A stretch of 60,591 nt of DNA, filler included, from Dugesia japonica (taxonomy: Eukaryota): assembly GCA_001938525.1 (NCBI GenBank). It is 5 parts of 5 records of this genome, joined end to end, with 100 filler letters (N's around TTAATTAATTAA, not from the genome) between each part and the next. Parts side by side here need not be neighbours in the genome. Positions count along the whole stretch, not along the records: positions 13,744 to 28,051 come from MQRL01580285.1; positions 28,152 to 36,876 come from MQRL01639137.1; positions 36,977 to 45,382 come from MQRL01598922.1; 2 more parts are not named here. The stretch is one strand, 5' to 3'. The notes beneath the pieces were generated by a model, which saw nothing but the letters and a program-made list of their open reading frames with translations, had not been told where the DNA came from and ran no database searches. Below, piece by piece: positions 26,060 through 37,856 of this stretch. Position numbers and translations under genes: made by a program. Position 1 is the stretch's first letter, and the number at the start of each line of letters is the position of its first letter.

Positions 26060-27605
26060 TACAAAAAGGATTTAGTTTAGATATGCTTTATGAGTTTTGA
26101 TATTTNCAAATTCCTTAATAATATTAGAATAGTCTAAAGTCTTATCAATTTCTTGGTTTATATGAAGGGTTGCTAATCCGTTTAGTCTCTACTAATGCAT
26201 AGTTAACCTTAGAAAGTTTTAAATTCTTTTAAAAGTATTGAAAGATTTTTCTCCCTCTGCTACTGTCACTGGAAATGTCAAACAAATTCAAAATAAAATT
26301 GTTTTATTTGCCCAAACACTTAAGAGCCTCTTTTTGATCCTTTCTTTGAGCAATTCTGGCGGCTTGGCGATTAATTTCAAATTGGCGCTATAAATTCGCA
26401 TTAAAAAGATTATTTCTTCAAATATTTCCTAATTAATTTCATTTTCTATTTTTTAAATTACAGTTCTGTTTTCGAAGTTAAATTTTCTTCATCTATTTCA
26501 TTTAATTTCCGTAAAANTTCAAAAAAAAGAGCAATTTGAAGAAATGGCTTGAATTTGACGATGCTGTACAAACGGTATTGTTTAGGAAATGATTTTATTC
26601 AAAAGATCCAACTTAAAATGTTCTTTGGCGAATTATTGATCATTAAATCTATGATCTATTTCAAATTCAGTGGTGATTTTGTTTTCAATTGTTACTTGTC
26701 TGAACTTTTAAGAACTAACTGGTTTACTGCATTTAATCTAACAGACCATCATGTTTTTGAAATGTTATGTATTGAATATCCTGATAAATGCTTCTTTAAA
26801 ATTTCCCATCTTTATTGAGCTACCACTAATTAAATTATAAATTTCATGAATTATGCCAAAGAAAGAAGTTATTGTTTCCTGATAGCATTCCGCGGAATCA
26901 ACTGCTACTAAATTTAAGGTGTGATTGCTACAATAAAAGAATGTGAATCTGCTATTTTCCCGCAAAATAACCGCATCATTATATATACCAACCATGTTGG
27001 CTCAATTATCGTAACCTTATCCCACACAATTTTTGAAGTTTAATTTACTTTTCGAAGCAAAGCTAAACATCGAGTAGCCATTTCTTGACCTGTTTTATCA
27101 GAAAAATTATCAAAGCATATAAAATCTTTCTTCAATTGAAAACTTCAACTCACTAAATTTGATATAAAGAATAATTACTGTTTGCTCCTTATGAGATCAG
27201 TCTAAAATTGCATCAGCAATAATGGAAAAATATTTACTTTTCTTCACTTTAATAATAATTGTACGTTGGAAAAATGAACCTCATATATTGATAAATTTGT
27301 TTTGTATTCTAGTCGAAAGATAATTGACTTGCAATCTTTACTTTTCTTCATGCAAAGATCTAAGTTTTGAAATATGTTATGGAAATATTAAATCATACTT
27401 ACTCAATTATTCAATTTTACCTAGAAAATTCCCGTTATGTAGACTTTCAATCCGTTCACCATTTCTAAAAGAATGCCAAGCCTTTTTCAAAAAAGAAAAA
27501 ATATCACATCTAGATATCGTTCTAATAGCCTTTTTGAAACGTTGGTGTGCTTATTATTCTTATCCGAAGGTAAATTTTCCATTCTTTTATCTTGATGATA
27601 CTTCT
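26060..27605 (-). mobile_element. hAT (ZMYM1-like) transposase pseudogene, second family
   Basis: KYFSIIADAILD, GYDN*ANMVG, YCSNHTLNLVAVDSAE, and the C-terminal FPVTVAEGEKSF..RLNGLATLHI dimerization motif. Confidence 0.85.
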
Positions 27606-27716
27606 TAAAACAATACAAATCTACACATAACCTCTTACAAATTAAAAATTTAACCCGTTAAAATTGTAGCTCTTGAATTATTTAACAAGTATTGAGTAAC
27701 ATTATATATATAAATA

Positions 27717-28051
27717 CAGGGTGTTCAAAAAGTATTTAGACAATTTCAAAAATTTATTAATGTTGGAAATATGCCTGAAAACTCTTTAAATATATTGTGT
27801 AATAAACATTGAATAATAAAGTTTTTAGTCCATTTAAAATAAAATTTCTAAATGTTCCCCATTTGTTGCTCGAAGGATATCTAAGCAATAAGCAAAAATA
27901 ATTGAAAAAAAAATAAAAATTTTAAAAAAAATATTTCAAATATTCAAAAAAAATATAAGAAATTTTATTTTAAATAATCTAAAAACTTTATTAATCAATG
28001 TTTATTACACGATATTTTTCAAGAGTTTTCTAGTATATTTCCAATCTTAAT
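27717..28051. mobile_element. Tc1/mariner-type MITE, right end cut off by the linker
   Basis: Starts TA-CAGGGTGTTCAAAAAG; 27757-27850 is inverted relative to 27960-28051. Confidence 0.7.
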
Positions 28052-28151
28052 NNNNNNNNNNNNNNNNNNNNNNNNNNNNNNNNNNNNNNNNNNNNTTAAT
28101 TAATTAANNNNNNNNNNNNNNNNNNNNNNNNNNNNNNNNNNNNNNNNNNNN
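28052..28151. other. Artificial assembly linker N44-TTAATTAATTAA-N44
   Basis: Same 100-bp structure as 13644-13743. Confidence 0.95.
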
Positions 28152-28186
28152 AAATTATAATAGTTATAATAATCATTTTATTATCG

Positions 28187-28236
<50 letters not shown>

Positions 28237-28275
28237 ATTAATAATAATAATAATAATATTAAAATCTAACTTTGA

Positions 28276-28875
28276 TACAATTTCAAAAAATCTTTTCGCT
28301 TTAAAAGTTGACTTATCCATAGTAAATTTATTTAATTCAAAATTGTCTATGTCACTCGGTTTCTGGTGCCCCCCACATTCAATTAAATACAATTGATCTG
28401 ATTTTACTCCAATTTGATAAGAAATAGCCGCTTTAGTGAGCACAATTGTTTCATTTTCAGAAGGTATTTTCATAGGATAAAAACTATTTTGGTGTTTCAC
28501 ATCAATATAGGTGTACTGTTCTTTACTAAATAGTACATTAATTACAGAAATTCAGTTAGTCTTACTAATCATCAGCACTTTCTTCTGCATATATTTCACA
28601 TGGAGATGTTATAAAAAAATTTTCTATGAAACTAAATAGGAAATAAAAATTTTTTGATACGTTTTTTAAACACTTACGTTTTTATCAAATTTTCTCCATT
28701 GTCATTAATATCAGTAATGGAATCAATGTATAATTTAATAGCATAAAGTCTAAGGAAATCGCATCAAAATTATTACAGAATTTATTTAGTAAAAACTAAC
28801 ATAATATTTCTAACAGACTCAATAATTTCGCAGAAAATGCTCTCAGAATTTATATAATTAAATATTGAAATATGC
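28276..28875 (-). CDS. Unidentified host gene, exons 28875-28801, 28749-28678, 28631-28566, 28525-~28276
   Basis: GT-AG phase-2 introns of 51, 46 and 40 nt splice to an open frame HISIFNYINSESIFCEIIESVRNIILYAIKLYIDSITDINDNGENLIKTFIENFFITSPCEIYAEESADDYKEQYTYIDVKHQNSFYP...; last donor uncertain. Confidence 0.75.
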
Positions 28876-29194
28876 CTTTAAAAAAATTAATAATATTTTA
28901 ATAATTCAATTAATTAATAAAATTAGGTTGAAATTATGAAAAGATAAAGTTAAGAATCAAGGAATATATTAAATAATCAGTACTTTTAATTAATAATTAG
29001 GTTAGTAAAAATAGAATGTTGGCTTTTAAATTATTTACTGTTTCATATTTGTTTCATATTTGTTTTAAATATTTTAATATTCAATATCATATTTGATATA
29101 ATTTTAAATCGTTATTTCGGCTCAATATTTTGATTTATATATTATTAAATAACGTTTTATTTTTGATAATTAATCAACGATAAAAATTAAAAAA

Positions 29195-29459
29195 AACCCG
29201 GGCAATTTTTTGTATGAGTATTAAAGAGGTCGAAAAGCATCAGAGACAGATCACAATGTTAATAAAGCATTTGGCCAGAAAACTGCTAACGAAGATTCAG
29301 AACAACGGTGGCTTACACGGTTTAGACATGGAGGCGAGAGCTTTGAAGAGGAACAGCACGGTAGCTGACCATTAGTGGTTAAAAACGACAAGTTAAAACC
29401 ATAATTGGAAGCAAATTGTAGCTCAAAAATCATATAGCTTGTAGAAGAATTAGGCATAA
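29195..29459 (+). mobile_element. Mariner transposase N-terminal HTH fragment
   Basis: LYEY*RGRKASETDHNVNKAFGQKTANEDSEQRWLTRFRHGGESFEEEQHGS*P...LVEELGI (Mos1/SETMAR-type HTH). Confidence 0.85.
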
Positions 29460-30713
29460 GACTTGCGCACTGGATCTCCTCTCCCCTGCCAACGTAGTTA
29501 TCTAGAGATTTCAGTGATCTAGAAATATAGGAATTTGATTGGTCGTTACCATTACTTAAAAAGATCTCGTTTTGGAATTTATTGGTCGAAAATTTGCTTC
29601 GAGAGTTTGAATTTCAAAATTCTGGTTTGTATTTTTTTGGAAAATGTTTCTCGTATGGTTTCGAATTTGGTATTGTTGAACTCAGAATTAAAATCCGAAC
29701 ATTTTCTACGTAGAGTTTGCTATATCAATAATTTTAGTTTCCAAGATAATATTAGGTGCGCACTGGATTACTTGAACTTTGTTTTAGACTTTTCTCAGCT
29801 AATATTGGTTGCATGGCTTTGAATTTGGTACAATTAGACTCAGAACAAAACTTTACAGATGTATTGTTTAAAGGATTTATGCTTGGTTGAGGAAATTATA
29901 AATATAATTATATAGTTAATTATAAATTATAAATTTTGTTTTTAATTTTCTTTAAGTATTGTGGTATTGGTGCAAAGTAGTCTTGTCTGTTATTGTGTGT
30001 GGAAACTGCAGGTGCACATTTTGCAGTGTGTAAGAAAATGTTACAAATACCACCACTATGGAACCTTTGATAATAAATTATGACAGATTGTTATAAATTT
30101 TAACATCTATATGGAAATTATACCGTCGCTATGTCAGTTATTATAGTACATTTTATTATGATATTAAAATTATTATAAAAACATATACATTTTATGAAAG
30201 CCAATGTAATTTATTGACTCTGTTTAACCTATATGGCCTTTTTATAAATGGTTCATCTCTAATTACAGTTTCGCTGTATNCCTTATTTGGTCTAATTGTC
30301 TTAAATGAAGTAATTATTGATTGCATTTTGGTTAATTGTATTAATAAAGATAAGTGTATTGATTTATTATGTCTATTAGCTTATCATGTGCATATATGTA
30401 ATGTTCTGAATGCACAATATTTAATGTAATTAATAAGAGTTTTCTATGGTCTTCATAGTTCTTATAGGTTATGTAAATATCTTTTCATAAGTAAATATTT
30501 TTTNNNNNNNNNNNNNNNNNNNNNNNNNNNNNNNNNNNNNNNNNNNNNNNNNNAATAAGAGTTTTCTATGGTCTTCATAGTTCTTATAGGTTATGTAAAT
30601 ATCTTTTCATAAGTAAATATTTTTTTATAAAGAAATTTTTAAATTTTTGTTTTTTGTGAAAATTACACTTTGTGTAATTATTCACTTTTTCAAAATTTTT
30701 AATCATTGTTACG

Positions 30714-30805
30714 AAAACAGCTCAGAATGTATTAGCTAATAGTGGAAAAATACTACCAGCATTAAAATCCAATGAATTAGCTGAACTTGGAAATGCTTAG
30801 TGGAG
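30714..30805 (+). pseudogene. C-terminal piece of a Polinton protein-X-like core protein
   Basis: KTAQNVLANSGKILPALKSNELAEL aligns with KTVDDVVSKRQSFKDLIKNQAMNLL of the 51305-51580 ORF; same position upstream of MCP. Confidence 0.45.
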
Positions 30806-31010
30806 NNNNNNNNNNNNNNNNNNNNNNNNNNNNNNNNNNNNNNNNNNNNNNNNNNNNNNNNNNNNNNNNNNNNNNNNNNNNNNNNNNNNNNNNNNNNNNN
30901 NNNNNNNNNNNNNNNNNNNNNNNNNNNNNNNNNNNNNNNNNNNNNNNNNNNNNNNNNNNNNNNNNNNNNNNNNNNNNNNNNNNNNNNNNNNNNNNNNNNN
31001 NNNNNNNNNN

Positions 31011-32190
31011 NATATATTTTTGATCGTCTATCTACAAAAGCTGTTGTTGAATTTAGTAAATTAGAAAATCTGTTTCCAATAAATTTAATTTCTGAATCAC
31101 AAAGCGATGTAGAGTTTTTTTATAAATGTATCTCAAACGGAATATTTGGATTTGAATGATACTTTATTGTATATTAGAGGGAAGGCTGTTGATAAGGATG
31201 GTAAAGATAGGGCTGACACTCCTTATGCGGTTCTTAGTAACTATATGTTGCATATACGTTTTAAGGATGTAATTCTTTTGTTTAATAATTTTAAAATTGA
31301 AGGTGGAAATGAATATTATCTTCACAAAGCATTNATTGCAACTATTATAAATCATAATGGTAATAGTAAGAATATTTGTCTTACAACAATGGGAATAGAT
31401 CAGAAGCAGATAGAAAAAAGTCTATTCGAATATCTAAAACCTTATTTCTATGCAGTTCATTACAACTCCATTTCGTGGATCAACCGAAATATCTTATTCC
31501 ATGTGTTATTGTTCACATTCGATTGAAAATAGCATCTCTTAAATTTTGTTTGGAATCTGCAGCTAATGAACCTACATATGTATTACTAGATGTAAAAGTA
31601 ATGGTAGGACGTGTACGCGTCGAACCTTAAATATTGGTTGCTCATCAAGTTGGGCTATAAAAGCAACATTTCTTTTCCCAATAAGAACCAAAAAAGGTGT
31701 TGCATTTACAATTAGCAAAGATAGTTCATCGTTTTGTAAGGTACAAATCTTTGGTGATCGTGGCTTACATAATTTTANTCTAGTTGCATTTCAAAATGGA
31801 GATCAATATAACTGTAGTTATAAAAGCTCAAAGGTTATAACATCTAAACGTTGCTTAGGTTTTTTAACGAAAAATACAGATTCTCGAGAAATTTATACTC
31901 AAGATCTTAAAAACGATAACTATAGTACAACATATATGCAATATGTAATTAGAAATATGGATATTTGGATAAGAATTTGAATTTTGGAAAAATAATTGAA
32001 GATTTTAAGGAAAATTATCGATTCTTTATATTTGTTCTTTCTCAATATTTTGATATAAATCAAAGTCAATTGCCTAAACAAGGAAATTCGATATAAGATA
32101 TAAAGTTTGATAAAGCAATAATATCCCCGGCATATGTTATAATTCATGGAGTATTTTATAATTTATTGGGGAACAGTATCAGTATAAACA
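31011..32190 (+). pseudogene. Polinton major capsid protein (double jelly-roll), copy 1
   Basis: IFDRLSTKAVVE..LFPIN..DVEFF../EYLDLNDTLLYIRGKAVDKDG..NYMLH..FKDV..DQPKYLIPCVIVHIRL..RVRVEP..EDFKENY..QGNS..DIKFDKA; frameshifts and stops. Confidence 0.88.
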
Positions 32191-32249
32191 ATGCTATGTA
32201 TTCTAGAAACAATCGCAATGAAGTAAGCGTTGTTATATTATTTATTGTT

Positions 32250-32564
32250 TAATTTATTAGTTCTATTCGGATTGATCGAATTACANCAAAGTGGCTTGGA
32301 ACATCACGGCAAGATTTCCATGCATTAGATAAGCTTTTAAATTATATTCCAGTAAATAAAGCCTTAATCATGGAGACATATATATCAAATCTAAGTGGAT
32401 AACATTAAATAGCTGCTTACATTAAACCAGAAAACATATTAGTATTTGATCCATTAGCATTTCCTTATTTATCAATGTTGGTGTCATATTTATCAACATT
32501 TTCAAAACAAATAGAGTACAATAGTATTCGATTTCAAGATTCATTTACAATAACTTGTGGTTAA
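32250..32564 (+). pseudogene. Polinton adenain-like cysteine protease
   Basis: NLSG*H*IAAYIKPENILVFDPLAFPY...IEYNSIRFQDSFTITCG*, matching the adenain signature GxHW / FDxxG / Q..CG. Confidence 0.8.
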
Positions 32565-32909
32565 AAAAGCAACTTCGTAGTTTAAAAAATTTAGTTCCAT
32601 AATTTTGTTGTATAAAAATATATATATTTATATAGGATGGTTGATGTATTATTTAATAATTATACAGAAAAAGTGGCAAGCAAACAATTTTATATATTGT
32701 TTAATTCGTTGTTATAATAAATAATTGGCAGTAAATTAATATCTGGAAATTTATTATATAAATAATATTAATCAATATAATTTAAATTTACATTTAACAG
32801 TATAATTTAATAAATTTCTATGCCATTTGAATGTACAAAATTTAGGATGTCTGAGATATTTTTAAATAGTTTTATAGAAAAGTGATAAGTATACAATTAT
32901 ATTAGTCTA

Positions 32910-33145
32910 TAACCTTTAAAGTCACAAGGTTTGAACCCCTATAATATTAAATTGATTGGTTTGCAATCATTACCAATTGTAGTAAATATAAAAGTTGCGA
33001 TAAATTTGTATAAATTAACAAATAAAAGTAGTCACCTGTTGGTTCGAACCAGAGTTATTTTGTCATTAGGACTGGTAAAGTATGATCCTATGTGAGCAAT
33101 TATGTTCTGAGCATGAAAAATAGAACCATTTAGACATAGACTTTG
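32910..33145 (+). pseudogene. TBP-fold protein pseudogene, copy A (C-terminal repeat)
   Basis: NPYNIKLIGLQSLPIVVNIKVAINLYKLTNK/VTCWFEPELF/LSLGLVKYDPM*AIMF; FEPELF corresponds to TBP YEPELFPGL. Confidence 0.7.
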
Positions 33146-33348
33146 ACTTTTCAGTCATACAACCCATAAATTTATAAACCCTATACACTCATAAACTTTA
33201 TTTGCTCATAAAACCCATTAATCTATATTAAACTAATTAATTTCATCAAATGATTCATCAATTTCAATAAAATTTACATAATTTGTTTTAACGGATCAAT
33301 TAAATTACTACCAACTAAACCCAAATGATCCACTGACATTCATTAATT

Positions 33349-33954
33349 ATGATAACCAATATTAATTACAGAGGTGTAATGTCGCAAGAAGTAACAAATA
33401 ATAAGAGCTATCTTATAAACAATGCCAATTTAAAGTTAAAAGTGTCAATTATGCAATTACTGTACAATTTTGAATGCCTGAAATCTAGGACTGTTGATAT
33501 ATTATTAAACAATTATAAAGAAAAAATATCACGTATATAATTTTGAATGTCTGAAATTTAGGATGGTTGATGTATTATTTAATAATTACACAGAAAAAGT
33601 GACAAGTAAACAATTTTATTCTTTAGAGCAGGAAAATGTAGAATAATGAGGGTGTAAGAAACCATTGTAACAGTTTAATTTAAACCTCTATGATATTAAA
33701 AATATACGATTACAATCGCTAAAATTTTAGTAAATATGGAAGTTCAAATTAATTTACACAAATTAGCAAAAATATTCAATTGCTGATTTGATTCAGGGTT
33801 ATTTCCAGCTTTAAGACTTGTAAAATATGACCATTTATGTGTAAATATGTTTTCAATAGGAAAACTAGTAATACTGAGACTTTAAAATTAGAATTTTCAA
33901 GGATATGTTGATAACATTACATCATATTTATTCAATTTGATCGAAAAAATTTAA
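33349..33954 (+). pseudogene. TBP-fold protein pseudogene, copy B (both repeats)
   Basis: MITNINYRGVM...TILFFRAGKCRIM/GCKKP...IKNIRLQSL/ILVNMEVQINLHKLAKIFNC*FDSGLFPALRLVKYDHLCVNMFSIGKLVIL vs TBP IQNIV / ALIFSSGKMVCTGAK / YEPELFPGL..LLIFVSGKIVLTG. Confidence 0.75.
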
Positions 33955-34099
33955 GAAATACGCAACAATGATGCAAAACAAATACATTTCGAGTACAAAT
34001 AATATCAATTAAAATTTATATACATAATTTTTCAAATAATTAGATATTGTATAGTAATATTGCATTACATTATTATTTTCTTTTGAATTAATTATAAAA

Positions 34100-34610
34100 T
34101 TGTCTCAAAATTTAAATCACGAAGAAAAGGCAACAGTTAGTGAAGAAGCAGGATTTAATGACGAAGAAGTTATACAGAAAAAAGTAATTATTAAAGAAGA
34201 ACAATTATTTATTTACGAGAAAAGATGGTTTTATTTTATCATTAAAATTGTTTTATTGTTTTTATATTTAGATCTACTTAAGAGGATCTTTGAAAATATT
34301 TTTCCCACAATAAAAGTGGCATCAAAGGAATGGCCACGTTATCAATATTGGGAGAAGATCAAATGATGCAGAGATATTTGGAAGAACTCTCAGGAGGAAA
34401 ATAAAATGCTTAGAGAGATTAATAAAACTTAATAAGAAGAAGATCCGAAACTTATAATCATATGAATGGAAAAACCTGGCCCTTTTTAGGACTATAAATC
34501 TTGATTTTTAAATGTTTTTAAAAGAAAATATTGATTTACTTAAATGGTTTTTAACATAATCAACTTGTGAATGTAAAAACCGACCATGTTTAGGGATAAG
34601 TAGTGTTGAT
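34100..34610 (+). pseudogene. Unidentified degenerate ORF inside the Polinton-like element, possible short intron at ~34228-34271
   Basis: Acidic N-terminus, GT..TTTAG intron-like stretch, then DLLKRIFENIFPTIK..W..YQYWEKIK and a C-terminal CECKNRPC. Confidence 0.25.
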
Positions 34611-36379
34611 TGAGAAAGTAAAATTTGTTGCTTTTTATAGAAATTTAATAATAAAGTTGTTGCTTTCTATAAATGTCGTGTTTTGCCTTTTATAAAGCTG
34701 TTTTTTTAATAAAAATTTGTTAAAAATCTAACTAATGAAAAGTTATAACTTCAAAATTAAAAATGTTTTAAAAGTAAAAATTTATTTAACTAAAAATTGC
34801 TTGTTAAAAAAATATTTACTTATGAAAAGATATTTACATAACCTATAAGAACTATGAAGACCATAGAAAACTCTTATTAAATACATTAAATATTGTGGAT
34901 TCAGAACATTACATATATATATATATATAGCACATGATAAGCTAATTGGCATAATAAATCTATACACTTATCTTTATTAATACAATTAACCAAAATGCAA
35001 TCAATAATTATTTCATTTAAGACAATTAGACCAAATAAGGCATATAGCGAAACTGTAATTAGAGATGAACCATTTATAAAAAAGGTAATGTAAGTTAAAC
35101 AAAGTTAATAAATTACATTGTATTTAATATTTTATCATGAAAAATTAAATAATAAAAAAATAAGTTAACAAATAAAAAACACATATTTGATTGAATTTCA
35201 TTAAAAATCAATTAAGAAGTTTTCCTTTCTTTTCATTAAAATAAAGTAAAAGCTTCGATCAAAATAAATAAAGTTTTTAGATATTCAAATTTTCGACATT
35301 TTTCTTCTTCATTTGAATAGCTATAAAAACAATTTAGTTTAATCGAATTAATTACTTTATTTTAATGAAATCTCAAATGCGATCAATGGTTAATTCCAAC
35401 AATTATTCTCACAATAATTGTAATTGTAATTATAAAACTTCTTTTCTTATTGAATAAATTGTATTAAAAAATATGTTTTTATTGAAAAACCCTTGTTCAT
35501 TTATTTTTAATTTAACTAATAAAAAAGATCCAATACAAATTAATAACAATATTTAGTATAATTCGTTGTTATAATAAATAATTGACTGGAAATTTATTAT
35601 ATAAATAATATTAATTGAACAATTTTAAAAACAATTTTACTATATGGTTTGCACAAAATAACCGAGAATATNNNNNNNNNNNNNNNNNNNNNNNNNNNNN
35701 NNNNNNNNNNNNNNNNNNNNNNNNNNNNNNNNNNNNNNNNNNNNNNNNNNNNNNNNNNNNNNNNNNNNNNNNNNNNNNNNNNNNNNNNNNNNNNNNNNNN
35801 NNNNNNNNNNNNNNNNNNNNNNNNNNNNNNNNNNNNTAGAAGAAAATCATTTTGATCTTTGCATTTAAAAATAAATTTTAAATTAAAAATTGGTTTTTTC
35901 AAAATATTCATTTATAAATATAACAATTTATTGTTTTATTAAAATTAAGCTTCGATCAAATTTGTGCTTGGTTTTGAGATTAATTCTAATTTTCGAATTT
36001 GTCTTCGTCAGGAATTGACGTTTTTTGTAAATATAATTTATGTAAATATAAAATATTTAAAATGATGTAAATATTTAATTTACTTTTTTAAACCTTTAAA
36101 TATATTTAAAATAAACTCTTTTAAAATTTAATATTGATTATTTATATTTGCTGACAACTTAATCCTTATTATTTTTAATTGAATTTACATCAAAGAAAAA
36201 TATTTAAAGAGAAACTGTAAGTTGATAAACCATTAAGAATAATTTTAATTATATAAAATTTCAAATTATTCATTTAATTTAAATTTAACAAAGTCTTACA
36301 AAGGCACAAGAAAGAAATTTTCAAAATCGTCTATTCTACATAAATGATTAATGAAAAAGAGCAAAAAATGTATTATTAC

Positions 36380-36807
36380 TCAACATTATATTTATCCAAT
36401 AATATAGACAGGTGAGACTCGCATAGATCTAAAATTCTATCACTGAAATTCATACAAAACAAATATTTGGAATCCTTGAATGATTTGGGTATATTTGACA
36501 AATTTTGATTTAATTCGGAATCGTTATGCACATTTGTTGCTATAAGTTCTCTAGAAAATACAAATTCTTGAATATAATACATTTACAATTTACCCTATAT
36601 TTCTAATCTCCTTTCTTACATCATCAGTCATTTCAAAATCATAGTCATTAATCCAGATTTTCCTTTTAAAATTTATTAAGGAAATCTACTTACAAAAATC
36701 TGTTCTTGAAAACTTACCAATCAAATCTTCGATAATAAAGATCACTCAAATAGTGGTCATGAGCTTTGCAACATTCTTCATAAGTTACAGGTTCATTATA
36801 TGACCAA
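36380..36807 (-). CDS. Unidentified host gene, upstream exons 36807-36718, 36662-36594, 36550-36380 (splices to 28875)
   Basis: Phase-2 GT-AG introns give WSYNEPVTYEECCKAHDHYLSDLYYRRFDW/KIWINDYDFEMTDDVRKEIRNIG/ELIATNVH...LLDKYNVE; final GA|G join is in frame with exon 28875. Confidence 0.7.
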
Positions 36808-36876
36808 CTGAAAAGAAATATTACTGTTTTCTTAATGATTTTTTTAATGATTTAATTGAAATATTATGTTCTTTTT

Positions 36877-36976
36877 NNNNNNNNNNNNNNNNNNNNNNNN
36901 NNNNNNNNNNNNNNNNNNNNTTAATTAATTAANNNNNNNNNNNNNNNNNNNNNNNNNNNNNNNNNNNNNNNNNNNN
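36877..36976. other. Artificial assembly linker N44-TTAATTAATTAA-N44
   Basis: Same 100-bp structure. Confidence 0.95.
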
Positions 36977-37608
36977 GGGAGAAATAATCATTTGTTTATA
37001 TAAGTTTATTATGAAGGTCACTGAAAGCTTGAAAGTTGTTGACAAGTTTAAAAATTGTTGACATAATTATTGGACAGCAAAAATGAATAAAATTAAATAA
37101 AATATTTCTTATGAATTTTAACTTGCGTCACTATATACTGAACTTTGAACATGTGTCACGGGTCAACTCTGAAAATCAAATGAAATTTGATAAGTTTTAA
37201 TATAAAATCACTATAAATTATTTTAGTTTAACAGTAATAATAAATCAATAGAATCTAAGATTTCGAAAGATTAAAACAAGAAAAAGTAACAATTTGATTC
37301 TATCAACTTGAGTGAAAACAAATATGTAAATTTAAATAAGCATACGTGAACATAATTGAAAATGTTTAATAAATCTTAAATAATTGCATTTTATTGTGAG
37401 AAAAACAAAATTAAAAAACAATAATTGTGNTTATTTGGCGAAAGAAATACAGGATTATTCGAATTTACATTGTCGTTTATTTCTGATTATATTCTTATTA
37501 AATAAAGTTTCTGCAGAAAAGATTCATATAAAGGAGCCCCAAAAGGAAGTAGTGAGAAAAAAAATTATTAATTCAGAAAAATTTGTGAACAATAACTAAT
37601 TTCACTAA

Positions 37609-37856
37609 TTATTCACGGTAAATAATATCGATTTTCTTCAATTTGTTTTTTAAATATAACATGGTGTATATATAAATGATAACCAAAATTGTGTATTGTA
37701 CAAATAGAATCAATGAAAGATCTAGATCATTCATTACTGATGATAACACTGTAGAGGGTGCTATCATTGAAGAAATAAAAATAATTGATAAATCTCCAAG
37801 TTTTTCTACTGGTGTATTTCTAGGGGTTAATATTTCNTTATTCTGGTATATTATTT
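37609..37856 (-). CDS. Possible host exon with a transmembrane-like segment
   Basis: TTCTTCTAG acceptor, open frame (E)IIYQNXEILTPRNTPVEKLGDLSII...LSLILFVQYTILVIIYIYTMLYLKNKLKK...*. Confidence 0.3.

Larger units (their letters stand above)
29976..35120 (+). mobile_element. Internally deleted Polinton/Maverick-like element bounded by inverted repeats
   Basis: 30203-30503 is the reverse complement of ~34806-35120; AGTAGT at 29976 is a candidate Polinton terminus; encloses pX-like, MCP, adenain and TBP-like pseudogenes. Confidence 0.65.

Noticed and set aside
28678-28749. Cadherin assignment from DINDN
   Set aside because: No following xPxF, no LDRE motif, and the flanks look helical; a single motif is insufficient
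30554-30627. Tandem duplication of 30433-30503
   Set aside because: Identical sequence on both sides of a 50-N gap, most likely an unmerged contig overlap
36718-36807. Phospholipase A2 assignment from CCKAHD
   Set aside because: Lacks the Cys after HDx, and no calcium-binding loop is visible
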